Positions 47,890 to 60,933 are shown, counted from the whole stretch's first letter. The stretch is 63,807 nt of DNA, filler included, from Guillardia theta CCMP2712 (GCF_000315625.1; 5 parts of 5 records of this genome joined end to end with filler, not necessarily neighbours in it), one strand, 5' to 3'. The notes: generated by a model from the letters alone, not told the origin. A program made the numbers and translations.

Positions 47890-49115
47890 ACTCCTACTCC
47901 TGCTCCTCGACAACGACCTTGTCCTGCTCCTCCTGCTCCTCCTGCTCCTTTCCCCCTGCCCCCCTGACCCCCTGCCCCCCCTGACGCCCCTGTCTCTCCT
48001 CCTCCTCCTCCTCTTCCTCTTCCTCTTCCTCATCCTCTTCTCCTCCTGGTCCCCCTCCTCCTCAAACCCAGCGCCAGCTCTCCTACCTTGAGCGTGTCAG
48101 CAGTCGTCTCCACCTTGAGCATCTTGGGGGTCATGCCGGGAGGGAGGAAGATGTCCGCAGTGACCTCGGTAAGCGATTGAGCCCAGACATACCTGTTGAG
48201 AGCTCAGAGGAGAAGAGAAGGGGAAGAGGAAGAGGAAGAGGAAGAGGAAGAGGAAGAGGGAGAGGGAGAGGGAGAGGGAGAGGAAGAGGAAGAGGAAGAG
48301 GAAGGGGGAGAGGGAGAGGGAGAGGGAGAGGAAGGGGAGGGGGGAGAAGAAGACAAGGAGCGAAGAGGAGAAAGGAAACGAGGAAGAGCAGAAGAGAGGA
48401 GATGTGGAGGAGGATGACAGAGAGTTTGGCAGATACACAGGTAAGGAGACAGGGAAGTGAAACAAGCCAGAATACAGGGACAAGGGGCAGCAGCAGCAGA
48501 GGCAGCACCTGTCCGTCCTCCCTCCATTGTTCACTGGGATCTGCAGGCCCGTCTGCCTCGCTCCTCCTCCCTCATTACTTTCCACCAGCTCCAGCTGATC
48601 TTTGGCTTCAATCTCCTTGCCATCAGCCGGCGTCTCCTCCGTGATCGGAACATCCGTCGTGGGAGATGGCTCCGTCTTCGTCTCCGTCTTCTTCTCCGTC
48701 CTTGTCTCCACCCTCCTCGGCTCCTCCTGCATGGGCTCTGGCTTTCTCATAGTTCCCCCGGAAGCGATGTGCTGCAGGTACCTCTCCTTCTGGTGGCAGA
48801 GAGTATCAATGAGGATCTCGTAGTTGTCCTTGGCCCTCGGCCCGTTGAAGCAGGGCGTCCTCCTCTGCAGGAAGTTGAACACGGTGTTGAGGAAATGGAT
48901 CTCGTCCGGATGCTGTTGCAGCATGTCCCATAGCACGCGGTCGTACTTGCTCGATGCCTCTGGTTCGCTGCCTCCTCTGAGGGAGAGGGGGCGGAAGGAG
49001 GAGCTACCGGCCCCTCCCATGCTCAACCATCTAAAGTTGGTCGGCACGGCCAATCCAGCGGAAGCGAAAGAACCTGAGGAGGAAGTCAGATTGACTTGGG
49101 CCGCAAACTCCTGCT
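47574..49115 (-). CDS. NUDC: NudC/BOB1-like co-chaperone (Nudc_N + CS/p23 domain) with an N-terminal extension; both ends uncertain
   Basis: KYDRVLWDMLQQH...FLNTVFNFLQRRT; PVNNGGRTDR-YVWAQSLTEVTADIFLPPG. Confidence 0.8.
47725..47950. repeat. (CTCCTG)n microsatellite in a NudC intron
   Basis: Visible run. Confidence 0.9.
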
Positions 49116-49789
49116 AAATCTGCTGCTGTTCCACTCACTACCCCTACTTTCTGCCCCTCCTCCTTCTTATCTCCTACCCCTCCTCCATCCTATCCCTTCT
49201 CCCTCTAACTCCTTTATCAGCATCCAGTCCCAGCCTTGTCCTTCTCAAGACTTCTCTTCTCTTCACTACCAACATTCAGCCCCATCCATGTCCTGCTTTC
49301 GTGATGACACATTCTGGGCAGCAGAGGGCAGATGATGTTGTGTCCTATGAAATGTGCTCCACGTGTTCGTCCTTACTCTTGCTCGAGTTGTCTCATATGA
49401 CATCTTTCTTCGTTCTTCCTCGTGTTATCATACTCTTATTCAACTTGAATTTCATCGTTTCTCACCTTCACTTCTCATCATCGTCGTCGCCATCGCCATC
49501 AACATCATCCCCTTCATCGCCTTCCTCAACATGGTTTGTCGTCCACGCTTGCGACTTAAGTACCCTACCCTTCTTCTAGATTGGCCATCCAAATAAGACC
49601 CCTACTAATACCACATAATTGAAGATGGGGTGGGGTCAAAGGTACCCGTGGATGATCAGGTACCCCTGTCAATCTTCAGAAGTTTCGATCAAACTTCGGA
49701 ACTGGTAATTTCCACGAAGTTTCAAAGTTGAAGGCTTTTGCTGGCCCGCCTCAGAGACATAGCTCGTGTGCCAACCGGGTTGGAATAGA

Positions 49790-49910
49790 GGTGTACGCTG
49801 CCGGCGGCGGGCCCCGGCCCGGCCTTCAATGGCCGCTGAGCGAGTGCTGCGGACAGGCTCGGATCGGTAGTCTGCCGCTGAGTGGCCCGGGTCGGGCAAC
49901 CGGCGGCCTT
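49790..49910. promoter_or_regulatory. Short GC-rich palindromic-motif island (7)
   Basis: ccgg/ggcc core preceded by an aagtttcg/aacttcggaa block (49680-49735); upstream of NudC. Confidence 0.4.
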
Positions 49911-50146
49911 CTGCATCCCCACACCCAATCATAGATCATGCTCTCTCCCCAACTCCCGACCTCCTCCTCCCAACCCTCAATGAAGCTTGAAACTTGTTAG
50001 AATCTCTTCATGTCCGCATGCTCCTTTCACACACATGTTATGTACATCATGAGGCTCTCGGCCGGCGATCGTCTCCGCCGACCACAAACAGCACAAGGCA
50101 GGAAGTTCCGACTGTTCCCTCATCAGCAGCAGCTGCGCCACCCTCC

Positions 50147-52485
50147 TCATGCCTTCCTGTCCACCACCTGCGGCTGAGCGTGAGCGAGGAGAGCGAGGAA
50201 GGCAGAGTAGGAGGATGGAGGATGGTGTGGCGGCTAGGGGAGCAGAGGAAGCAGCATCAACAGCAGGGGTAAGGGCAGCGGCAGGAAGGGTAGGAGGTAG
50301 TGCGGGAGGGGAAGAAGGTGGTGCGGGAGGGGCAGGAGTGGCAGGAGCAAGAGGCCACCAGGTGCGCGAGCTGCACAAGGGCGTCTCTTGTGACTGACGG
50401 CTCGAACTTGTTGGCGCTCTCGATCGCGAGCCTGCTGTGCTCCAGCGCCAGCTCTCTGCATCATCCCGGTCAGACCTCTCCTCCTCTCGCTCGCATGCAG
50501 CTGCTCCTACCTGCTCTTGGCGATGCCATCACTCAGCTTGACCAGCTGCATGGTTCGCTCGACGTCGCCTTCCCCCTTGTAGCACCTCTGTAGGGGCAGC
50601 ACGTCAGCACGCGGCGAGGGAGGGGAGGAAGAAGCACATGGATCATCGGCTCCAGCTCGTGCGAGAACTTCTCCAGGGCAAAGAGGACGGGAGCTGTTGT
50701 CAGCCCCTCCCTGAGATCGCTCCCTGGCGTCTGAAGGGCACGGCGTCACCTCCTCGACCCCTCGATGCTCTCCTGTACCTTCCCCAAGCTCTGCAGGTCT
50801 CCCTCGAAGTCCAGCACGTCGTCCTGTGGTGCGTCAGGAGATTCCCAGTTTGTGTCAACGAGGAGAGGTAGGAGGAGCCTTGCCAACTCGAGGGAAGAGT
50901 TGGGGGTGGGAGAGAGGATACGGAGGGAGGGAGAGGAAGAGAGGTTTCATGATCAGTGAGATACAAGACGACGGCAAACGGATCGCACAAAATTGCAGGA
51001 GATCACGAGGGGATTGGAGTGGAGGAGATGGACAGGACAAACAAAAGGAGGAGCGGAACAGAAGAGAGAGGAGGGAGGGGAAGAGGAAGCGGACACTGTC
51101 ACTCCATCACCTGAATCTGGAACGCGAGCCCAATGTGCTTCCCGTACTCGAAGGCAACCTCGGATGCGGAGTCCTTCAAGCTCTCCTCGGCTCTCCCAAG
51201 GAGCACGACCCCTTTACAGCTGCGAGTGGACGCGAGTGAGGAGGCAGTAGCGTAGGAGGGAGAGAGAGAACAAGAGAGATGGAGCAGGAGCAGGGGGACG
51301 GTGGTCACCTATGGGCGAGCAGCGAGGCCGTCTTGAGGTAAGTCTTTCGCATGTAGTAGTCAAAGTTTGTTGCCTCCAACGTCTGCGACAAGTTAGGGGG
51401 TCCTGGCCAGGCAGCCGCCTCTCCTCTACTTCGGTTCTGCTCTGCATAATCTCCCCCTCAACCAAGTGCGCGATAACCGTCGATAACAGCTCGATCACTT
51501 CCACATTCTTCAACCTGAAGCCCCCAAAGTTACGGAGGGCCCCGGCGGGTCAACCCCGCACCCCAACGCCCCCCCCCGCCCCCCCCTCCCCCTACTCACC
51601 TCGCCAGGTTCAGTGATGCTCTCGATAGCAAAAAATCACCAGCTAGAATGGCGAGTTTGTTCCCGTGGACCTGGAGGAAGGGCTCAGCGCTAGTCACTGG
51701 AATATGCTGCTCCCGCACGTTGTTGAGCGACGGGATGCCCCTCCTGATCTCCGCATGGTCCATGACGTCATCGTGCAGCAGTGAAGCCGTGTGGATCATT
51801 TCTGTGATCTCTGCAAGCCTCTGCTGCTCACTTGAGATCTCCCCTGCTGGCGGGCTCGCCTGCAGAACACATGAGGAGGAGAGGAGGAGAGGAGGAGAGG
51901 AGGGAACGCAAGGCAGAGAGACGTCAAGGAGGACGAAGGGGAGGGTAGAGCCCAGCATCCGACCTGCGCGACGAGAAGCACCAGAGCAGGCCTGAAGCGC
52001 TTCCCCGGGACGTCGAAGAAGTAGCGAGAGACAGTGTCCAAAACCTTGTTGTCTGCTGAAGCAAGAGTCTTGAGGTTCTCTGTCAGCGACCGCAGCTGCG
52101 GCTCCATCAGCCTGAAGGGGTCGATAACTTTGCCCGCTAGGTGGCCCCCGAGGGCCGCAGCCCCCGCTGCACTCGCCATGACGGATCGGATGCTGACGTC
52201 CGCTGCGTTGCCCAGCTTCTTGCTGGGCTCGGGTGCTGACTTGCTGCCAGTGTGGATGTGAGACTTGTTGGCATGTAGGTCGAAACCGTTCGAAACCCTC
52301 CTCTCGATGTTGCACTTGGACAGTAGCTGCGATGCTGTCTCAGATCGCTGCTGTTCTCGCTGCACTCTCAGCTTCGTTCCATACTGGCGGCAATGCCCAG
52401 GAAAGTTATGGTGCTGAGAGGAGATCTGGTTCAAACAGGATATTGCGAGCACTTTGTTCCTCACAACTGCGGTGGAGGATCGCAT
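50147..52485 (-). CDS. Trans-long-chain prenyl diphosphate synthase (COQ1/PDSS1/SPS-like), multi-exon
   Basis: [24 protein letters not shown] (FARM), [42 protein letters not shown] (SARM), [12 protein letters not shown]; ends VVDRKA*. Alternative in-frame ATG at 52629. Confidence 0.9.
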
Positions 52486-53179
52486 CGGCAGGAGTTGCGT
52501 CAGGACGGATGCCCCACAGGTACAAGAGGAGGAGGAGAAGGAACTGCGGGATGTACTTGACAAGATCGATTCCTCAGGGAAGCTCCTTCCACATTCAAGA
52601 CAGGTTCGTGGGAACGTCCTGTCAAACATGCGACAAGTCAGATCGTGTCTCCCTTGCGAGTTCCTTGCCCCCGCACGAAATATTTGTCATTTCGTTTTCT
52701 TCGCTACGTTTTCCTCTCATTGCACGTGATTACATCTTCAAAGCAAACAAACATCTCCCCCCTGCCAACACATCTGAAGCTGGTGCCTTTGAATAATCCT
52801 CCGGTAAACTCCCTGAGCATCAAAACATCCTCATGGTCAATATCACTTCCTATTCCTCTTGTTCTCTGCTCCTCCCTTCACATCTCTGCTCTGTGTTCCT
52901 ACTGTTACCTTCATCTTCACCGTCTCTTCCCTCCTTCTCTTCCTCCTCCTGCTCCCATTGATCTATGCCCCCCTCGTGCCATAGTGAGCAGTGGATTAAT
53001 AAAGAGACCAGGGTCTTCAAGACTGATAGTGTCAAAATCCACCCACCCACTCTCCATAGAATTCTCTATATGTCCAGATATGACTAAACTATTCCGGTCA
53101 ATTCTGATTGAATAGGTAATTAAAAACTATGAAGACTAATATTTTTCTTACATATACATCTCAATAAGTAATTAAGATG

Positions 53180-54110
53180 AGTACCTACCCCTTTGCATGG
53201 TGGACCCCTACCGGTATAACATCCCCCTCCTTCCTTGGGCGTGGAAGAGATCCAGCGATTACCACCCGCCCACCCTCCATGGTTTCTACCCCTCTACACA
53301 GAGTACCCCACCCTATTTCTTTTTACACTACCCCTTCATTAAAGTACCCCACCACATATTCTTCATTATCATACCCCACTTTTCTAGGCATTTGTTTTGG
53401 AAAAATTGTACCCTACCCTACTAATATGTTGCGAACCCCCTGACGAGTACCCCCGTCTTTCCCCCGTCTTTATACGATCGCTATGTAATGCAACTACCCC
53501 TACCCTCTCCGGGAAAATGAACCCCCCCCCATCATCTAGGTACCCCTGATCCTTACCGATTGATGACCCTACCTTACTACATTTCCTACCCCACCTCAAC
53601 ATGAAGCTACACCCCTGGGAAATATTTTGATTTCACCACCGGTCCCTTACTGTAGTTCCCCACCATTACCCCACCCACCTATCCCCATATCATAACTATA
53701 CGAAAAGGTGGGTCCTACCACGTTGCAACCCTTACACCACCCACCCCCATTCACTCGAACCCACCCTGATTATCAGGTTACCCCCTTTTTTCCCAATTAC
53801 TACCCCTCATTTCCTCACATGGATGCCATCTTTCCTGGTCACCAGTACCCCCTGGTTCGCAACACGTATGTTGTCAACCAAGGGTCCTCAGTTCACCTCC
53901 ACCCCCATTGCCCACCCACCCTTGTAAATACTTTGTTTTTTTCAAAAGTACCCCACCATGAGCCTGAATACGAGACTAGTAGACATGGGTACTGCACAAG
54001 TGAAGAGAACCTCTACCCCGACATCAGACCACCCTACCCACTAATTTTACACCCTGACTTGCAATACTACCCACCCCATCATTTATGGCATTTATGCACA
54101 GGTTATCACC
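53180..54110. other. TACCC/CACCC-rich low-complexity intergenic zone
   Basis: Dozens of taccc/caccc words with no fixed period; abuts island 8. Confidence 0.6.
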
Positions 54111-54139
54111 GGTACTGAGCACTTGTGACCCATCTGTAT

Positions 54140-54660
54140 ACTCGAACCGTGACCGGGTGTCTGAAGGGCCCGTGGGTCAGTGATCACTCAAGTCACCTTG
54201 CTGCTACTACGGTAGCCTCACGGCCCGGCCCGGCCCTGCGGCGCCCGGAGTCGGCGGGCCCGGGGCGGGGCACAACCGTGACCGTGCTGCCGCAGCCTGT
54301 GGCACGGCGGCGCCGCAAGCCGCGCCGCCGCGGCGGCCGGGCTGAGCTCCGAACTCGGAAGTTCGTCGCACCCGGCCCGGCGGTCGGCCCGTGACTCAGT
54401 CACGGTGAGTCACTGCGGCCACCCGGTCCCGGGTGACGGCGTCGGAGTGACTTTCGAGTCCCAATGGGCCCTTCGACGGCGCCGGGGGCCCGGGCTCTCA
54501 GGGCTGCCGCCGGCCCGGCGGCTCACTCAACTTCCGGCCCATTCAAGCCGGGCTGTGCCATGGCGACAGCCTGTAACCGTTTAGTAACATTGAACATGAG
54601 GCGGAATCACTAACGGTCCGAACGTGGCAGTGAGACTGAGAGCCGGGCTACCGTACACCG
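54140..54660. promoter_or_regulatory. GC-rich palindromic-motif island (8)
   Basis: gtgactcagtcacggtgagtcac and ccgg/ggcc-dense. Confidence 0.45.
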
Positions 54661-55138
54661 AGTTCATCCGATGATCACCGTGATGAACATCAGTGTCAGT
54701 GTGCCAGCAACTCATTGGAATGCTTCGCATGAAAGTCAGCAAGAAGGTTGAAGATCGATACTAAACCCAAGTTTGCTGCTCTTCCAGCCTAGCCTTAGCG
54801 TCCTCCTCTTGTTCTTCCTCCTTCAAACGCTCCTCGTCCACTCACTCCGCAACCCTCCGAGCCATGCCGCCAAAGGCAGGCCGTAACCGAAAGGTTGTTG
54901 TAATCAAGTGAGAAGTTTATCATTATGTATTGGCTCACACGTTATCTCAATCTTTTCTCTCCATCAAATTGCTGTGCTCAGTAAATTTCTATCTCACTTT
55001 CACTCTGCCAAATACTGATACAGTTTGTTTGACAGTCTTCTTGCACACGACATTGCTGCGTTGACACTCGTCGACAGAGATCGCTCGAACACTGACTCGC
55101 GACATCGTCACTGCCTGTTCGAGGCAAGTCTGTCGCCA

Positions 55139-57607
55139 TTACAGGCACTCGCACACGTACGTTTCCTGCCCGGCAGCCTCCCGCGAGCCTTGAAAGACAG
55201 TCATCTTGACTAGGTGGTATTTGTATACTCCTTCCTCGATGCTGTTCGGGTCCCTTGTACATTCCAACGTCGTAGTCCAGTCCTCGAACCCAGCAGGAGT
55301 CAGAAGCTGTCCTGTCATGACGTGCAAGTCAGGCAAGCTATCACGCTGTGTCTGCTTCACTCCATGGCACTTGATCTTGACAAGCTGCGCGTTTCCCGCC
55401 TCGTTGGTTGCGGGAAGGCCGGCGAGCATGCGATGGACAGACATGCTCCCTGAGGACGGGAGAACCTGAGAACCCTCCTCTCTGTTGACGATGACATCGA
55501 TGGACAAGTTGTGGGTCTCCTTGAAGTAGGAGTTGACGATGCTGGTGATGAGCTTGAACTTGGTCTCTTCTCTCGTCATGATGATACCAAACCATGCTTG
55601 CGCGAGGGCGGGAAGGATGTCGTTGCGATTGGACGCGCTCAGGCTGTTGACGGTTGTCAAGTAGTCGGAGGGTCCGATCATGGTCACCCTCTCTATGATA
55701 TCCAGGGGGAGGGAGCTGGAGGTTTGGTCCCAGTCTAGCAGGATCTTCTGCTGCATGCTCTCGTGGTCCATCAGCACGTCGGCCACTTGGTTCGATCGGA
55801 TCCGCTTGGTCGACCGGAACCAGAGCTGACTCATCCTCGACCGCTTGCTGTTGATCTCCTTTTCATGATCTCCTCCCTTGCGGTCGCTGATGTCTTCGAA
55901 GACGATCTTCTCTGGGAACGTGTACTCCTGCAGGCACCACAGGCGGTTCTGATACCAGTCCTCCTCCAGGATCCGAGAGTCTCCCGTGTTGTTGAAGGCG
56001 ACCACGATCCCTCCAGACGAGTAGAGGCCGATCATGCGCGGGATCAGCTGACTCTTGAAAGCACGTTTGAGCTCTTCCCGCTCCATGGTACCTCCTTTGT
56101 TCTCCTGAGGGATCGAAAACTGATCCATCCACACGTACTCCTGGCTGCCCTTGGACAGCGCCGTCACCATGCCCTGCAGCATCGGCTCGACTATGGTGAC
56201 GACCCAATCGAACCCCTGGTTGCCGGCAAGACGGATCTTGTAGCAGCGGGGAGCATCAGCGTTGGGGTTCCTGCTCCTGTACATGTGCTCGTTGCTCCAA
56301 CGGTAGCTGACGATCGCAGCAAGGTCGATCCTATCTTGACTCGCAAGGTAGGTGGGAATCCGAACTTCGTGCTCCACAACAGCTGGACCGTCCTTGCTCT
56401 CTGCCAAGATGCGCGCAAACTCAGACACCATCCGCTCCTTGGACATGATCAGGCCGTAGTTGTCGACGGGAGTTCGCATCATGTTCTCGTCGACAGACAT
56501 CTCACGGTCTCGAACAAGAAACAAGAAGACCGTCAAGATCGCACAGATAAGCAGAAGAATGGCAGAGAAATTGTTTATCCCTCCCAGGGCTCCCATGTTG
56601 GCCAGCAGGCAGCCACCTATCCATGGCACTGACAAGAACCATAGGAAGGAAGCGATAACCTTGCGCTGAGGCCTCGAGACCATGGAGGTGATCTTCAGCG
56701 ATGGCAAGGATCCTCCGGATGAGAGGAAGGACCAGAACAGGCGCCAAGGGAGGCACAGGAGCCCTCCGTCCACGAGCACGATGATCACTGTCGCAGCAAG
56801 CAGGAGAGGAGCGATGAACACCTGAGCCTTTGAGGAAACCATGACGTAGCCTCCCAGTATCAGCAGGAGCGCCGGAATGAACAAGATCCCGGCCATGGTA
56901 GCAGAGTACAGCTGTCGGAGCTCACTGCAGTTTACCCACACCCAGAAAGGGTTCTTGCAGCGCGATGCGTTCATGAGGACATTCTCTAACACTCGAGACT
57001 GAAGCGTGAAGTCTCCATGCGAGGCCAGGACAACTGTCTTCAAGATGATGCCTGTGGATACGCCCAAGAAGCACGCATACGCGGCAACCAACGGTTGCAA
57101 GCTGCAGATGACACAGCTGTTTGGCTCGCCAAGCTTCGCATCGTAGATACATTGTGTTGTTGCTTGCGATCTTTCAAACTCGGCATACATGGCACACACA
57201 ATGATCAACCATATCAAGATGCCAACGTCGGTTAGCACGTTGAGACCTCTTATTCTCAACTTCTGCGCCATGCACAACTCCGGGGTGCAGAGCGACAGCA
57301 GGTTGCGGTTTGCGTCGAGCAGACTTTGCGTGTACATACGGGTGAGCATCTTCTTGTACAAAGAGAACATCCAGAACAACACTTCGACGGCAAACAGAGC
57401 AAGACATGCGAAGAAGGGTAGGAAAACAACCAAGCTTGCAAAGCCAGTGAGGTCTCGAAAGCACTGATGGCTGCCGTACGACCAGACGAGGAAGTATGCG
57501 AGAGATACAAGTTTGAAGCATGCGATAGCTCGGGCGATGAGGATGAACTTGGATCGGCCGAGGGTGACAATGTTCAGAAAGTCCACGATGAAGTCAGAGA
57601 ACGACAT
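55139..57607 (-). CDS. Polytopic membrane protein (about 8-9 TM) with a C-terminal HET (heterokaryon incompatibility)-like domain, single exon
   Basis: Hydrophobic N-half, then AAIVSYRWS, YVWMDQFSIPQ, IPRMIGLYSSG and WYQNRLWCLQE, matching the HET motifs ALSYxW / WIDxxCIxQ / MxxIY / WFxRxWxLQE. Confidence 0.75.
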   Translation of the reverse strand: MSFSDFIVDFLNIVTLGRSKFILIARAIACFKLVSLAYFLVWSYGSHQCFRDLTGFASLVVFLPFFACLALFAVEVLFWMFSLYKKMLTRMYTQSLLDANRNLLSLCTPELCMAQKLRIRGLNVLTDVGILIWLIIVCAMYAEFERSQATTQCIYDAKLGEPNSCVICSLQPLVAAYACFLGVSTGIILKTVVLASHGDFTLQSRVLENVLMNASRCKNPFWVWVNCSELRQLYSATMAGILFIPALLLILGGYVMVSSKAQVFIAPLLLAATVIIVLVDGGLLCLPWRLFWSFLSSGGSLPSLKITSMVSRPQRKVIASFLWFLSVPWIGGCLLANMGALGGINNFSAILLLICAILTVFLFLVRDREMSVDENMMRTPVDNYGLIMSKERMVSEFARILAESKDGPAVVEHEVRIPTYLASQDRIDLAAIVSYRWSNEHMYRSRNPNADAPRCYKIRLAGNQGFDWVVTIVEPMLQGMVTALSKGSQEYVWMDQFSIPQENKGGTMEREELKRAFKSQLIPRMIGLYSSGGIVVAFNNTGDSRILEEDWYQNRLWCLQEYTFPEKIVFEDISDRKGGDHEKEINSKRSRMSQLWFRSTKRIRSNQVADVLMDHESMQQKILLDWDQTSSSLPLDIIERVTMIGPSDYLTTVNSLSASNRNDILPALAQAWFGIIMTREETKFKLITSIVNSYFKETHNLSIDVIVNREEGSQVLPSSGSMSVHRMLAGLPATNEAGNAQLVKIKCHGVKQTQRDSLPDLHVMTGQLLTPAGFEDWTTTLECTRDPNSIEEGVYKYHLVKMTVFQGSREAAGQETYVCECL

Positions 57608-58290
57608 TGCTCTGAATTGATGAATATTAAATCTTTCTCGTCGGCTCTTGTTCAACCTTCAAATCGAACTTGTACTCCAACCTGCCACAACATCAGCACA
57701 GCATCACGTTCAGCAGTAGCTCATCTCAGCGCTTGCTCCTTCATCTACTCACGTGTATCCCCTTCCTGTCTCTGCTAGTCTTCTATCCATCTCTGCATGG
57801 CGTCTATACGCTGCCAGGCGGAGAGAACTGGAAGGCAATAATGTCCGCTATCGCGTTGCGTCCCCCCGACCACCCACCCTGAAGAATCCTTAACGCTTCC
57901 TACTACCTACCCCCTGATTATCTCCAGAAAATGACCCCACCCTACTCTTGATGTCCACTTCACCCCTTTACATTACATTATGCTTCCCAACTGCACCAGT
58001 ACCACCCCGGATGATTTACCCACCCCCACCCCCTGGGAGCATTCCTCCATAAGTGACTACCACACGGATTCTCCGAGCGTTGAGAAGAGGTTGGGAAACC
58101 CGTTTAAGTGGCCAGGTGTAAGTTTCAAACTCGTTACCTCAAAAATTGAAATCATCTTATTGAAATTACAAATCTGGCGCAGATTAAGTCTCCCAAGGGA
58201 AGTTGAGCGACGCAAAGGCCCCCCGGTCATTTTGCGACCGGCGGATCGTCAGGCCCTGAGGCGGGACCGGGTTCGTAGTCAATCAGAGAG

Positions 58291-58754
58291 ATGAGTAAAA
58301 TACGAAGTCTTCTTCATGCTGACGCTTTGCGGTTGCTCTGGTACCTGGCGGATCACCATGGAGCTCCTGACAGCGGAGTGCGATGAGATGCGCTCAGGAG
58401 GCGGTGTATGGGGACCCTGCCTTTCATCGTTTGCGTGCTCGCCTGTTTCGGCAGTATCGCTCTCGCATGGGTCTCGCCCGTCTTCCTTGCGCTACTGCTC
58501 TTTGTCCTGATCCTTGTTCCCCTGCTTGTCGTGCATGCCGTCGCTTGCGTGGTTGGAGTAGCGGTTTTCGCTGCCTCCTTCGTTTCCTAGTATTTTATTG
58601 AGGCGGGTTTGTAGGCTTTATCCTCGTCCTCACAAGTTTGATCTTGTCCACCTCAATGAGTAGCAAAACTTGCCCGTTGAAGCCTGCTGCTGCTGCTGCT
58701 CCTCCTCCTCCTCCTGCTCCTCCTCCTCCTCCTGCTCCTCCTGCTCCTCCTGCT

Positions 58755-58802
<48 letters not shown>

Positions 58803-59150
58803 CTTCCTCCTGCCGCAGTCGCTGCTGCTACCGAGGCTCATCGCCTTATCCTCTCCGCAACGGCGCTCGGGACCACGACCAGGGACTCGCCCAAGTCGTC
58901 TATGACCTTTATGGGCCTGCGACGAGAGCAAGTGAGAGGAGTAGGTGCGAGTGAGAGGAAGAGGAGGAGGAGCGAGTGAGAGGAGGAGGAGGAGCAGCGA
59001 GTTAGAGGAGGAGGAGGAGCAGCGAGTTAGAGGAGGAGTTAGAGGCGGAGGAGAGAGGGTCTGACCTCCTGTAGATGCTAACGAGCCGCGTGCGGATATC
59101 GCCTTCCTCAACTCCCTGGTTCGCTCCTTCCGCCCATGGGATATAAGACT
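58291..59150 (+). CDS. Hypothetical protein, multi-exon, 3' end in the gap
   Basis: Splice-compatible exons MSKIRSLLHADALRLLW/EAVYGDPAFHRLRARLFRQYRSRM/.../DHDQGLAQVVYDLYGPATRA/..RADIAFLNSLVRSFRPWD. Confidence 0.35.
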
Positions 59151-59291
59151 TTGTCGGAAAGACAGAACGAGGGAGGGAGGGAGGGAGGGGANNNNNNNNN
59201 NNNNNNNNNNNNNNNNNNNNNNNNNNNNNNNNNNNTTAATTAATTAANNNNNNNNNNNNNNNNNNNNNNNNNNNNNNNNNNNNNNNNNNNN

Positions 59292-60410
59292 GCAGCGTCG
59301 ACATCGACACCGTATATGGGGCCATGTGCTCGAAAGGTGATCAGAGCCCGACGTGACCAAGCGCTATGAGCTGACGTCATGCTCAGACGGCGACTCCTAC
59401 TGCTTTGACAAATTCATCGCGGCAGCTTTGTCCACCGGAGCCAGCGGCAGCAGCAGCTCCGAGACCTGTGACGGGACGAGCTCGACCTGTACCAACGTCT
59501 GTAAGGTACGCGCGAGTGCCAGGCTGCTCCGGCCGCCTTCCTTCTCAATGAGTCTTGATGCCTCCCAGAACGACCTCAAGACGGTCAACGACATTGGCTG
59601 CTGCGCAGGCTCCATGCTCGCAGCGATCCCTGAATCGAAGAAAGAGGCCGAGAACGCGGCGAAGCTCTGCTCTCAAAGCCTGCCGAAGCCATGTGAGCTC
59701 TGACAGGCCGCACGCGGAGCTTGTGACAGCTGACGTCTCGAGGGGCTGCGCAGGCGGGGCGGGGCCCTCGTTCAACCTCAAGATCGAGATATCGAACCTC
59801 AAGCAGAGCTGGTACGCCGCAAACAAGGCCACCGCAGACCCCTTGGTGAGTCGCGTCATGTCTCGAGAGAGAAGGCGGCGCCATGCCTGATCTTGAGCAG
59901 CTCGCCACGGACATGAACTCGGCCTTCGGCACTACAGCTGGGCAGGTGAGAGAGAGCGCAGAGGCCCCGCCTGCGCGTGCGATGATGGGCGGGGGGATGA
60001 CGAGAGGCTGGCAGGCGAAGATGGGGGCGTCGACGGCAGGAGCAGGCGGCACTTCCATCGACGTGAGCATCACCACCGCCCACAAAGATCAGGTAACTTC
60101 GCTAGACCCGTAAGCGCTGCTCTGATGACGTCACGGCTAGGGTACTGCGGTAGAGAACACATCAAAAAGTACAAGGCGAGGCGGAGCGGAAGCGTAAGTC
60201 AAGGACTGTGTCTCTGACCGAAGGCGCTGACGGATGGCTGGTAGTCCCTTAGCCTGGCCACCACGAGCACAAACCTTCCCTCCGACGCCAAGATCGACCC
60301 GTCCAAGGCTTTAAGCGTCACGGTCTCGTCCTACGTCAAGGGCTCCTCGGCTGCCTCGCGATCTCTTGCGTGGTCGGTGCTGTCGGTGGTTGTGCTGAAC
60401 GTGTTGGTGA
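59292..60410 (+). CDS. Cys-rich extracellular protein with a hydrophobic C-terminus (possible GPI anchor), 5' end in the gap
   Basis: Short-intron exons AMCSK/DGDSYCFDKF..CTNVCK/..DIGCCAGSML..KLCSQSLPKPC/..; C-terminus GSSAASRSLAWSVLSVVVLNVL. Confidence 0.55.
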
Positions 60411-60933
60411 GACCTGCGATGCCGGGGCTTGCGAGAGACCTGACGATCAAGGGCTGCTGCAGGTCGTGGGGAGGATGGGTGCTCATTGGTGAGGGATAGG
60501 ATCCTACTGTGAGGATCCGGACTCGTGGAGTGCTCTTTTGGACAAGAGAAGTGGTAGCCATGAGGCATGAAGAGATCGCAGTCGGATGACCGCGTGAAGC
60601 TGATGCTTGACGGAGCCTATGTTGCTGACCGTACTCAATGACAACGTAGTCATTAGTCACTTGCCACAACACAATACTTACAAAGCTACCTACAAGAATA
60701 CTTGATAACATACATGATCACGGATCTTTTACACGTTATCCTGGCCCGCGCACAGACCGACGGTGCTGCTCGATGAGAGCGTGTTGCCGACTGACCATCT
60801 CATTGAAACTAGCACTGAGTGTCTTCAAGGTCGTTTCGCAGGCCACTGGCCTGCAATACTTGATTAAGAGTAAAAACAAACCTTCCAGTCAACAATCAAG
60901 GATATTTGAAAACTTGACCAAGGAGATTCCTCA

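Noticed and set aside
54864-55140. Possible small + strand gene starting MPPKAGRNRK
   Set aside because: No convincing downstream exons could be assembled.
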